From the NCBI GenBank assembly GCA_016234955.1, contig JACRNN010000077.1:1-41028 (forward strand): a DNA stretch of 41,028 nucleotides, in the 5' to 3' direction. Positions 7,709-15,843 of this stretch are shown piece by piece. Both the position numbers and the translations under genes were made by a program. The number at the start of each line of letters is the position of its first letter. The first letter of the stretch is position 1. The notes beneath the pieces are model-generated. The model was not told the origin of the DNA and ran no database searches. It saw only the letters and a program-made list of their open reading frames with translations. This DNA comes from Deltaproteobacteria bacterium. Its GTDB lineage: Bacteria; Desulfobacterota; GWC2-55-46.

Positions 7709-8317
7709 TCACATTATATCCCCGAAGAGGCCCTTCACGGCCCCCGTCATCCTGAGGGCCCGCGCCTTCTCCGCCACGATGATCGACCTCATCCTCCCGA
7801 ACGCCTCTTCAATGTCGTCGTTTATTATTATGTAGTCGTACTCCGGGGCCTTCCGTATCTCGTCCTCTGCTATCTTGAGCCGCCTCTTTATATCCTCGGG
7901 GCCGTCCTTGCCGCGCGATACGAGCCTTTGTTCGCACTCCTCAATCGACGGAGGGAGTATGAATATCGACACGGTGCCGTCGAGGGCCTCCCTCACCCTA
8001 ACGGCGCCCTGGACGTCTATTTCGAGTATCACGTTGAGGCCGCAGGAGAGCAGGGCCTCAAGGTCTTTTTTCGAGGTGCCGTACCTCTTGCCGTAGACGC
8101 CCGCGTACTCGATGAACTCGCCCCGCTCTATCATGGCGTCGAACGCGTCGTCGTCTATGAACCTGTACTCCACGCCGTCGGTCTCGCCGGGCCTCGGCCT
8201 CCTCGTGGTGTAGGATATAGAATGCCTGAAATCCCCAAAAAAATCAACCGCCTTCTTGCACAGGGTGGTCTTGCCGGCCCCTGACGGGGCCGACACTATG
8301 AATGGGATGCCTATCAT
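7709..8317 (-). CDS. gmk: Guanylate kinase
   Basis: 202 aa with P-loop SAPSGAGKTT and the motifs SISYTTRRPRPGETDGVEYRF and IFILPPS. Confidence 0.95.
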   Translation of the reverse strand: MIGIPFIVSAPSGAGKTTLCKKAVDFFGDFRHSISYTTRRPRPGETDGVEYRFIDDDAFDAMIERGEFIEYAGVYGKRYGTSKKDLEALLSCGLNVILEIDVQGAVRVREALDGTVSIFILPPSIEECEQRLVSRGKDGPEDIKRRLKIAEDEIRKAPEYDYIIINDDIEEAFGRMRSIIVAEKARALRMTGAVKGLFGDIM

Positions 8318-8342
8318 CCTCGTCCTAAGTCCCTTTTATCCG

Positions 8343-8507
8343 TTTTAGCAGGTTGATGAAAAAGTCCCCGAAGTTGTCATTCAGAGGAGCCGAAGGCTCC
8401 GAAGAATCTTGTGACTTCTTGATTTTATCAGCCTTGAGATTCTTATCGGAGCCTGTCCTGAGCGAAAGAACGGGATTCTTCGCTACGCTCAGAATGACAA
8501 GCTAAAA
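8343..8507. repeat. REP/MITE-like composite inverted-repeat element
   Basis: The left arm TTGTCATTCAGAGGAGCCGAAGGCTCCGAAGAATC (from about 8374) and the right arm GATTCTTCGCTACGCTCAGAATGACAA (to about 8500) are imperfect inverted copies. A third degenerate copy lies between them. The outer 7-bp inverted pair is TTTTAGC / GCTAAAA. Confidence 0.6.
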
Positions 8508-8588
8508 TAGTTTTTCAGCGCCCCGTATTACCTTCGGGTATTTAATTCCATGCAACTTGGTGGTGGGTGGTTCCAGCCGGCAACGGCC

Positions 8589-9458
8589 CTACTCTATATT
8601 CTGCACCTGCTCGCGTATCTTCTCGACCTCGCCCTTCATCTCAACGACCGTATGGGTTATGCCGACGTCGCCGGCCTTGGACCCTATTGTATTTACCTCC
8701 CTGCCCATCTCCTGGCAGAGGAAGTCGAGCTTTTTGCCCATATGCCCCCCGGCCTCGAGGTACTTCTCGAACATCTCGATGTGGCTCCTGAGCCTTGTTA
8801 TCTCTTCCCTGATGTCGCTCTTCTCGGCGAAGACGGCGGCCTCGAAGAGTATCCTGGAATCGTCCACCCTCTCCTTGAGGAGCTTGCCCATCTCTTCGGT
8901 AAGCCTCCGCCTGTACGCCTCCACCGCCTCCGGCGCCCTCGACTCGACCCTCTTGACCAGGGCGTCAAGTGATGAGGTCCTCAACAAGAGCTCCTTTTTG
9001 AGCGCCGTTCCCTCCCTCTCCCTCCACTCCTCGACGCGGCGGAGCGCCGTATCGAGCGCCGTCTTGACGGCCTCCCAGTCCGCCCCCTCCTCAGCCGCCT
9101 TCCTCTCCGGGTAGAGTATCTCCTTCATCTTGAGGAGGAACCCGACGTCTATCTCCCCGCCCACCCCGAGGGTCTCCTTCAGCTCCGCGGCCGCGTCGAG
9201 ATATGCCTTTGCCGCCGCCGCGTTGAGCCTGAGTACGGGGGCCTCGGCGGATGTGGCGGTTATGAAGACGGAGAACGACCCCCTTGAGAATCTCTTCTTT
9301 ATCTCCTCCCTTATCCGCGCCTCCAGCTGGTAGAACCGCTCCGGGCATCTCAACGATATGTCCATGAAACGGTGGTTGAGCGACTTGACCTCTATCGAGA
9401 ACGAGCCCCCGTTTATCGAAAAATCGCTCCGGCCGTAGCCGGTCATCGACCTTGCCAT
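8589..9458 (-). CDS. yicC: YicC family stress-induced protein (endoribonuclease YicC)
   Basis: 289 aa. The N-terminus MTGYGRS...SIEVKSLNHRF and the C-terminal DUF1732-type tail (KLDFLCQEMGREVNTIGSKA) are both present. Confidence 0.9.
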   Translation of the reverse strand: MARSMTGYGRSDFSINGGSFSIEVKSLNHRFMDISLRCPERFYQLEARIREEIKKRFSRGSFSVFITATSAEAPVLRLNAAAAKAYLDAAAELKETLGVGGEIDVGFLLKMKEILYPERKAAEEGADWEAVKTALDTALRRVEEWREREGTALKKELLLRTSSLDALVKRVESRAPEAVEAYRRRLTEEMGKLLKERVDDSRILFEAAVFAEKSDIREEITRLRSHIEMFEKYLEAGGHMGKKLDFLCQEMGREVNTIGSKAGDVGITHTVVEMKGEVEKIREQVQNIE

Positions 9459-9459
9459 A

Positions 9460-9990
9460 CTATCCCCCCTTGCCGAGCTTATGGGCGTATCTCCTGCGCA
9501 TCTCCTTAAGGAGTGAGGTCATTCGGCCGTCCCTGTAGTCAGGGTACGTCCACGGCAGCGCCGTGAAGCCGTTGCCCACGTACATCAGGGTCACTTCCGC
9601 GTATACCCCGGCGCAGAGGTATATCCTGTGGGAGAAGTCCTTGCAGCTGGCGAGCACCAGCTTATCGAGCGTCAGGTAGCCGGGGTCTATGTTTATCCGC
9701 CTCCTGCCCCCCTCCCTCAGGTACTCATCCTCCAGGGCGTTGGTGAAGAGCTTTATCTCCGCAAGCTCCCCTATCTCCATGAGCGGCTCGAAAGACGCCA
9801 TCTTTCTCCTGATGGGCCCGCCGAACTCCGAGTCGTAATATGCGGTATGGCTGAACTCCAGCGGCTCGCTCAGGAGGTCCGCGGGGCCGAACCTGTCCTC
9901 CAACCTCTTCAGCGCCTCCCCGAAGAGGACCGCCTCGGCGGTAAAGAGGCTTGCTATGAGCTTTACCCTGTCGTGCTCCTTAGGCTTCAT
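9460..9990 (-). CDS. DUF4416 family protein
   Basis: 176 aa. Its overall resemblance to DUF4416 proteins is recalled from memory (KLIASLF...FGP...SEP..F..T.YY..E). It is tightly coupled on both sides, with a 4-nt overlap with hldA. Confidence 0.55.
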   Translation of the reverse strand: MKPKEHDRVKLIASLFTAEAVLFGEALKRLEDRFGPADLLSEPLEFSHTAYYDSEFGGPIRRKMASFEPLMEIGELAEIKLFTNALEDEYLREGGRRRINIDPGYLTLDKLVLASCKDFSHRIYLCAGVYAEVTLMYVGNGFTALPWTYPDYRDGRMTSLLKEMRRRYAHKLGKGG

Positions 9991-10994
9991 CTCGCCTTTG
10001 CCCTGAGGCCCGTTGATACCGCCTCCCGGAGCTCTTCGGGGGTAAGGGTGGCCGTGCCTACCTTGCCGACCACCACCCCGGCGGCGAAGTTGGCCAGCAC
10101 GGCCGCCTCCCTGAAGTTTGCGCCCGAGGCGAGCGCGAGGGCGAGGGTCCCTATGACCGTATCCCCGGCGCCGCTTACGTCAAAGACCTCCTTGGCCACC
10201 GTCGGTATATGGGTCTCGGAGTCGGCCTCGAAAAGGCTCATGCCGTTCTCGCCCCTCGTTATCAGGAGCGCCCCGCACCCGAGCCTGTTAAATAGCACCT
10301 CGCCCGCCCTGTGCAGGCTCGCGTCGTCGATTATATCCACGCCCGAGGCCTGCGAGGCCTCGACGTTATTGGGGGTAACGATGGTCACGCCCCTGTAGTA
10401 GTCGAAGTGTTCCACCTTCGGATCAACGGCAACGGGCTTGCCGAGGCTATTGCATATATCCCGCGTCTCCTCGACGAGGTTCTCTGTTATGAGCCCCTTT
10501 GCGTAATCGGATATGACCACGAGGTCGGCCGATTTGACGGCCTTTCTTATGTAGCTCAAGACCCTGGCGAAGCTCTCCGGCTCTACCCTGTCCTTTTTCT
10601 CCCTGTCGAACCTCACGACCTGCTGGCTGTGGGCTATGACGCGGGTCTTTATGGTAGTCGGACGCTTTGGGTCGACTATTATGCCGGCGGGGGATATGCC
10701 CTTTTCCTTGAGGGCCTTGACGAGCCTCCTGCCGTCGTCGTCTCCGCCTATGACGCCGGTTACGAGCGAGGAGCCGCCGAGGCTGTGTATGTTGTTTACG
10801 ACGTTCGCGCTCCCCCCGAGCATGAGGCTCTCGGAGGTGACCTCGACCACGGGCACCGGGGCCTCGGGGGATATCCTCCTCACCCTGCCCCAGATGAAGT
10901 GGTCCATGATAAGGTCGCCCACGACGAGGATACGGGCGCGTTTGAACCGCTCTATGAGCGTGGCGGCCCTTTTAAGGCTGAGATGTTGTCTCAT
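9987..10994 (-). CDS. hldA: D-glycero-beta-D-manno-heptose-7-phosphate kinase (RfaE/HldE domain I only)
   Basis: PfkB-family kinase with motifs ILVVGDLIMDHFIWGRVRRISPEAPVPVV and DVSGAGDTVIG. The start at 10994 gives an ATGA overlap with the upstream GT4 stop. The track start at 11054 adds 20 Arg/Gly-rich residues inside the upstream gene. Confidence 0.85.
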   Translation of the reverse strand: MRQHLSLKRAATLIERFKRARILVVGDLIMDHFIWGRVRRISPEAPVPVVEVTSESLMLGGSANVVNNIHSLGGSSLVTGVIGGDDDGRRLVKALKEKGISPAGIIVDPKRPTTIKTRVIAHSQQVVRFDREKKDRVEPESFARVLSYIRKAVKSADLVVISDYAKGLITENLVEETRDICNSLGKPVAVDPKVEHFDYYRGVTIVTPNNVEASQASGVDIIDDASLHRAGEVLFNRLGCGALLITRGENGMSLFEADSETHIPTVAKEVFDVSGAGDTVIGTLALALASGANFREAAVLANFAAGVVVGKVGTATLTPEELREAVSTGLRAKAR

Positions 10995-12121
10995 GGTTTT
11001 ATATGCGCCTGAGCCCCGAGATCCTCGACGAGCTTCAGGAACTCGTTGACGCACCTCTCTATCGGGTACTTGCGGGCTTCAATCCTTGCGGCCCGGCCAG
11101 CCTCGACCCTTCTATCCCTATCGAGGAATAACGCGATCTTGCGCGCCAGCCCGGATGAGTCCGTCGGGTCCTCTACTATGGCCCCGGTCGCGCCGTCCCT
11201 CATGACCTCGGAGGCCCCGTTGACCTTGGACGTCACCACCGGCAGTCCGGCGGCCATGGCCTCGAGGCATGCGTTGCTGAAGGGCTCGTATATCGAGGGG
11301 AGCACGAATATGTCCCCGGCCCGGTAGAGGACGCTCGCGCCCTTGACCGGGCCCGCGAAGACGACTCTTTCGCCGACCCCGAGCCTCTGCGCCTCCCTGA
11401 GATACCTGTCCTTCTTCCCCTTGCCTATGACAAGGAGCCTTAAATCGCCCCTGTCCTTTAGCTCGCCGAGGGCGCGGATGAGGTATATTAGCCCCTTCCT
11501 TTCAAACCCGGACCCGACGAACATGAGCACCACGGCCTCTCTTCCGAAACCGAACCCTCTCCTTATCCTCTGCCTCTCCGTCTCATCAAGGCCCGGAATC
11601 GCGTCTATCCCGTTGTATATAACACATATCTTTTCCTCAGGCAAACCATAATGCCGGATGATATCCTGCTTGACCGAGTTGGAATTGGCAACGACCTTCT
11701 TGAGCCTCGCGCTTGAAAAGAGCCTCTTCTCAAGGTATAGGAGCGTCGCGTGCAGGGGGTTGAGCCTTATCGCCAGACGCCTTGCCTTCGATGCCGTTGA
11801 GCGCCTCCTTATGAGCCACTCCCTGTGGCATCCGTCCCCGGCCCTGTATATGTCCTGGCAGGACGTCCTCTCGAGGCTTACCACGACGTCGGGCTTCACC
11901 CTTTCGACCTCTTTTGCGGCCCGGAGCGCGAATACCAAGGGCCTTATGAAGGACGGGCCCGCAACGGCTATCCTGTGGAGCGTGACGCCGGCGCCGGCCC
12001 AGGAGGTGGAAAAGACCTCTATCTCATGGCCCCTCCTGAGGAGTTCCTTTATGAACCTCTCGAGGAAGACCTCTGCGCCGCCGTAAGGCGTATATCGGTA
12101 CCTTATAAGCCCTATCTTCAA
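10991..12121 (-). CDS. Glycosyltransferase family 4 (GT-B, WaaG/RfaG-like)
   Basis: 376 aa with a TTG start. It has an N-terminal GGAE motif (YTPYGGAEVFLERF) and a C-terminal EPFSNACLEAMAAGLPVV (E-x7-E) motif. Confidence 0.85.
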   Translation of the reverse strand: MKIGLIRYRYTPYGGAEVFLERFIKELLRRGHEIEVFSTSWAGAGVTLHRIAVAGPSFIRPLVFALRAAKEVERVKPDVVVSLERTSCQDIYRAGDGCHREWLIRRRSTASKARRLAIRLNPLHATLLYLEKRLFSSARLKKVVANSNSVKQDIIRHYGLPEEKICVIYNGIDAIPGLDETERQRIRRGFGFGREAVVLMFVGSGFERKGLIYLIRALGELKDRGDLRLLVIGKGKKDRYLREAQRLGVGERVVFAGPVKGASVLYRAGDIFVLPSIYEPFSNACLEAMAAGLPVVTSKVNGASEVMRDGATGAIVEDPTDSSGLARKIALFLDRDRRVEAGRAARIEARKYPIERCVNEFLKLVEDLGAQAHIKP

Positions 12122-12176
12122 CCTCTGCCCCCCAGGCCTCCGCCGATCCGTTTCATGCCAATCCGCCGTAGAGCCT

Positions 12177-12294
12177 CTTGAACATGCATAGCGAGTGCAT
12201 TCCCCGTAGCTTGCTGCGGGGTCAAGCGAGCGAATAGGAATAGATAATTCCTTTATGTCGAAGATTCCTCGCGGCTTGCCGCGAGGAGCTTCAA
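12177..12294. repeat. Family A interspersed repeat, copy 1 (about 118 bp, double hairpin)
   Basis: Roughly 85 percent identical, by hand alignment, to the reverse complement of 27638-27757. Hairpins are CCCCGTAG-CTTG-CTGCGGGG and CCTCGCGG-CTTG-CCGCGAGG. It overlaps the last ~13 codons of the GT9 gene ending at 12253. Confidence 0.8.
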
Positions 12295-13305
12295 CGCCTC
12301 GAACGCCTCCCGCGCATGGACGCTATGGGCCTCATGGGTCTCTTTCTGGAGTATCACGTGCTCCACCCCCCACGGCGCCCACCTCCTCCTGTCGGTCGAG
12401 CCCCATACCGTAAGCACCGGCTTTCCGAGCGCGGCGCTCAGGTGCATGGCCCCGCCGTCGCAGCAGACGACCAGGGACGCGAGGCTCAAGGCGGCGCAGA
12501 GCTCGGCGAGGCTCTTGGTCCTGAAGGCTATGGGCCTCTCCTTCATCGTTGACATTATCCATTCGGCCTTATCGTCGTCCCCTGGATGGAGCGGGTTGTC
12601 GCTATTGCCGGGCGACCATAAAAGGAGTATCCTGACGTCCGGGAACTCCGCGCCTATCATATCCCCCAACTCCCTGAACCTCTCCTTAGGCCACCTGTTC
12701 ACGGCCTTTCTCGAACTTATATGGAAGGCCACAAGCCTCTCATTCCCCTTGAGCCCGGCCCTCGAAAGGTATGTCCGTGCCCTCTCCACCTCTCCCGCGT
12801 CGGGCCTCATGAATATGCCGGGGGGCGGGCCCATTACCCCGAGGGGCGCTACAAGCCTCATCATCGCCTCCACCTCGTGCATGGGCGTGGGCGGCTCCGG
12901 GACCGGACGGTTGTAGAGAATGCCGCGGCCCGACCTTCCCGGAGGCGCAAAGCCGATGCGCATCCCTGCGCCTGTAAGGAACGTATACCTGGCGAGCCGC
13001 GCCGAGTAGGCGTAGCCGCAACCTATGGCGACGTCATACCTCGACGCCCTCACCCTCAGCAGGAGGCCGAGGTTGTCGGCAAAGACCCTGAGTCTGCCCT
13101 TGCCCGAGCTGTGCTTGCCCTTCTCGTAGACAAAGACCTCGTCTATGTCGGGGTTGTCCCTCACGACCTCGGCGTTGTACGTGTTGACGACGGCCCCGAC
13201 CTTCAACTCCGGGCGCTTGAGGCGGAGCGCCCTTATCGCGGCGGTCGTGCATACGAGGTCTCCTATATTGTCCCTTCTGATGAAGAGTACGCTCTTTATC
13301 CCCAT
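12253..13305 (-). CDS. Glycosyltransferase family 9 (heptosyltransferase paralogue)
   Basis: 350 aa. It has the N-terminal GT9 signature IRRDNIGDLVCTTAAIRAL and the C-terminal CCDGGAMHLSAALGKPV. It is the only GT9 here lacking the C-terminal 4-Cys motif. Confidence 0.85.
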   Translation of the reverse strand: MGIKSVLFIRRDNIGDLVCTTAAIRALRLKRPELKVGAVVNTYNAEVVRDNPDIDEVFVYEKGKHSSGKGRLRVFADNLGLLLRVRASRYDVAIGCGYAYSARLARYTFLTGAGMRIGFAPPGRSGRGILYNRPVPEPPTPMHEVEAMMRLVAPLGVMGPPPGIFMRPDAGEVERARTYLSRAGLKGNERLVAFHISSRKAVNRWPKERFRELGDMIGAEFPDVRILLLWSPGNSDNPLHPGDDDKAEWIMSTMKERPIAFRTKSLAELCAALSLASLVVCCDGGAMHLSAALGKPVLTVWGSTDRRRWAPWGVEHVILQKETHEAHSVHAREAFEALKLLAASREESST

Positions 13306-14610
13306 CTATTGTTGCCCGGAGGCCCTCTCGGAATGGCCAGAGGCGCACGCCTGCCTGTAGACCACCACGCAGCACGCCGCGAACGCCATCATGAGGTTGC
13401 CCATCGCCTCTTCCCAGAGGCCGTTTGTGGTGTTGATTATCGCGTAGGATAGGAGCACCCCCGGTATCGCGCACCAGAGGAAGGCCGCACTGGCCCCGGC
13501 CCTTCCGTATACGGATACGGCCTTCAACAATATGGTCGACCAGAAGAATACGAAGGCAATAAGCCCCACGGCCCCTACTTCAAAGAGTATCTGGAGGGCG
13601 AGGTTGTGAGGGTTGGCCCCGCCGTAGCCGCTCGTATTGAAGTACTCATACGTCTCCGGGGCCTCCTTCCACCTCTCAAGGAACCTCTCCTTCGCCACCG
13701 TCGATATCTTCTTCCACCCGTAGCCCCAGCCGACGATCGGCCTCTCCCTTACCATGTCGGAAGCGCCCTTCCATATGGCAAGGCGGTTATTCAACGCCTC
13801 GTGCTCATTGGAGACGTAGGTCTTCGCATAGAGGAGCGTCCTGTACCTGTCCATCGAACCGGGGTTTATCTGCAATAAGACGGCCCCGGCCACCAGCGCG
13901 GCGATGATTATGGCCGCAACCGTCCTGTAGCGCCTCGCAAGGAGCGTGATGAGGATTGCGGCGGAAATGATAGCCACCACCTGGGCCCTGTGGTTATTGA
14001 GCACGGAGAGAGCGGACTCAAGGCATATGAATATCGCCATCGCGGCCTTTACCCCAACTCCCTCGCCTGAAGCGTAGAGACAGGCGAACGCAAGCGGCAC
14101 GTAGAACGTCGCAAAGAGCGAATAGCCGCCCAGGAGCGGGTCCCTCCTGACGGTGTTTGAGTAATCGAGCCAGTTCATGAGGACGTTCGCGTCCCGTGTC
14201 AGCAATATCGCAAGCGTAAGGGCCGCGAACCCCGCGAGCATCGAGAGGAGCGCCGGCCTCAGGCCGGAGAGGTCCCTGTACTCGTTGAGGATGACGAAAA
14301 AGACCGTTGCCTGGTAGAGAAGGCTCTTCCTTATCGCGTCGAAACTATCAAAGGCGTACGGACTCAGGGCTGAACTCAAGACCGATACGGCGGCGAGGAG
14401 GAGCATCCCTATAACCGTCCAATCGCTGAACCCTATCCTCAAGCCCCTTTTCGCGGCCTTGACTGCAAAGGCGGCGAGGAGGAGGACGAAGGCCGTGCTC
14501 CTGACCCCGGCGAACTTCTGGAAGGGCTGAAAAAAAAGGAAGACCGATAGGAACACGCTTATAAGACCGTACCTCTCTATCGTCTCAACTACCCTGTCAA
14601 ATATCGCCAT
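13306..14610 (-). CDS. O-antigen ligase family protein (WaaL/Wzy_C type)
   Basis: Polytopic membrane protein with the PHNLALQILFEVGAVGLIAF motif characteristic of the O-antigen ligase family. The start was moved to the ATG at 14610 (MAIFDRVV...) because the 36 upstream codons run through family B repeats. Confidence 0.8.
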   Translation of the reverse strand: MAIFDRVVETIERYGLISVFLSVFLFFQPFQKFAGVRSTAFVLLLAAFAVKAAKRGLRIGFSDWTVIGMLLLAAVSVLSSALSPYAFDSFDAIRKSLLYQATVFFVILNEYRDLSGLRPALLSMLAGFAALTLAILLTRDANVLMNWLDYSNTVRRDPLLGGYSLFATFYVPLAFACLYASGEGVGVKAAMAIFICLESALSVLNNHRAQVVAIISAAILITLLARRYRTVAAIIIAALVAGAVLLQINPGSMDRYRTLLYAKTYVSNEHEALNNRLAIWKGASDMVRERPIVGWGYGWKKISTVAKERFLERWKEAPETYEYFNTSGYGGANPHNLALQILFEVGAVGLIAFVFFWSTILLKAVSVYGRAGASAAFLWCAIPGVLLSYAIINTTNGLWEEAMGNLMMAFAACCVVVYRQACASGHSERASGQQ

Positions 14611-14625
14611 CTGCTCTCGACCTCG

Positions 14626-14768
14626 ATGAAACAAACCAGTGCTTGAAAGCCCCGGAGTTATCAGAACGCTAAAAAAATGAGACCTCCCTCGGCGGAAGCC
14701 CACTGGGTTTAAGAACACTAAAAAAAACTCCCCGGCTTAAGACGCAGGGAGTTTCAGAACCTCAAAGA
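14626..14768. repeat. Family B tandem repeat array, about 2.5 units of 51-52 bp
   Basis: Units end in TCAGAACGCTAAAAAAA and TAAGAACACTAAAAAAAA, and the third in TTTCAGAACCTCAAAG. The third, diverged unit supplies the last codons of the GT9 gene ending at 14737. Confidence 0.7.
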
Positions 14769-15843
14769 CCTCTTCGACCGTAATCCCCTTGACGCACGCC
14801 CTGTGGCCGTACCTGCACCCGTAGGGCGCCTTGAAGGTGTGCGAGCACGGCACGCATGGGAGGTCTTTTCTCTGGACTATGACGCTCTTTTTACCTGTCG
14901 GCCTCTGGTCGTCCATGTCGCACGGCCCGGCTATGTCTACGACCGGCACGCCGAGCGCGTCGGCCATGTAGACGAGCCCCGTGTCCACGCCTATCACCAC
15001 GGACATCTTTTTAAGCACCTCCGGCATCTCGGAGAGGGCGAACCGCCCGCAGAGGTCAATTACCCTCCCCTTGCCCCCGGCCCCCTCTATTACGAGGGCG
15101 GCCTTGTCTTGCTCCTTATCCGAGCCGAGGAGCGCCACCCCCGCCACCCCGGTCTTGTCCAGTATGAGCCTTACAAGACCGATGAAGTTCTCGGTACCCC
15201 AGTCCTTGAGGTCGTTGCCTGTCCCGAGTACGACGCCCACGAAGGGGCCGGGCCCTTTCAAGCAACCCGAAGCAACCGCGGAGCCGGGAGCGCCGTAGAC
15301 CTCCTTATCCGTCCCGTACCCCTTGACGCCCAGGTGCCTGAGACTTCTGAGGTAGGTCTCCATCGCCATGCCCGGCCTCTGATGGTATTCAAGGGCGGTA
15401 TTGAGGCGGAGCAACCACCTCTGCGTCCTCCCGACGAAGTCCGGGTATACGGCGACCCTCTTCAACGCCATGGACCAGAGCGCGGCGAGCACGTTGGCGG
15501 TATTCGGCATCAGTATGAGCGCCTCGCAATAGCGCCTTGCGCGCAGTTCTCTGGCGAACGCTAACTTTCCGCCGAGTCCCCGCTTCCACTCCTTCTTGAA
15601 CTCTATTATCTCGTCGATATGGGGGTTGAACCGCAGGAGCGGCGCGGCCACCGGGTCTGCGACGACCCCGAGCCTTGTCCCGGGGCGCGCCCTCTTTATT
15701 TCTCTGAAGACCGGGGTGGTGCATATCATGTCGCCTATCTTCGCGGTCTGGAAGACGAGTATCGAATCAGACCCGTTGCAAAAGAACCTCGACGCGAGGC
15801 GGACAAACGGGTACGAGATATATGCCAATATCACGTAGAGCAA
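14737..15843 (-). CDS. Glycosyltransferase family 9 (heptosyltransferase paralogue)
   Basis: GT9 signatures ILVFQTAKIGDMICTTPVFREI and GVDTGLVYMADALGVPV, plus a C-terminal CVPC...C...C motif. The start is either TTG at 15843 or GTG at 15834; the latter makes a GTGA overlap with the upstream stop. Confidence 0.85.
   Translation of the reverse strand: MLYVILAYISYPFVRLASRFFCNGSDSILVFQTAKIGDMICTTPVFREIKRARPGTRLGVVADPVAAPLLRFNPHIDEIIEFKKEWKRGLGGKLAFARELRARRYCEALILMPNTANVLAALWSMALKRVAVYPDFVGRTQRWLLRLNTALEYHQRPGMAMETYLRSLRHLGVKGYGTDKEVYGAPGSAVASGCLKGPGPFVGVVLGTGNDLKDWGTENFIGLVRLILDKTGVAGVALLGSDKEQDKAALVIEGAGGKGRVIDLCGRFALSEMPEVLKKMSVVIGVDTGLVYMADALGVPVVDIAGPCDMDDQRPTGKKSVIVQRKDLPCVPCSHTFKAPYGCRYGHRACVKGITVEEVFEVLKLPAS

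Noticed and set aside
8318-8588. A degraded remA gene between yicC and gmk.
   Set aside because: No reading frame there resembles RemA, and the spacer is accounted for by the inverted-repeat element.
12150-12180. A possible JUMPStart/ops (GGCGGTAG) antitermination element near CCGCCGTAGAGC and upstream of waaF.
   Set aside because: The sequence does not match ops on the transcribed (minus) strand. No GGCGGTAG or CTACCGCC was seen in the 32614-32780 leader either.
14611-14718. Upstream extensions of the ligase ORF (to 14718), the Trm112 ORF (to 25666) and hldA (to 11054).
   Set aside because: The extensions run through repeat units or neighbouring genes. Internal ATGs with an RBS or ATGA coupling give N-termini that match the family norms.
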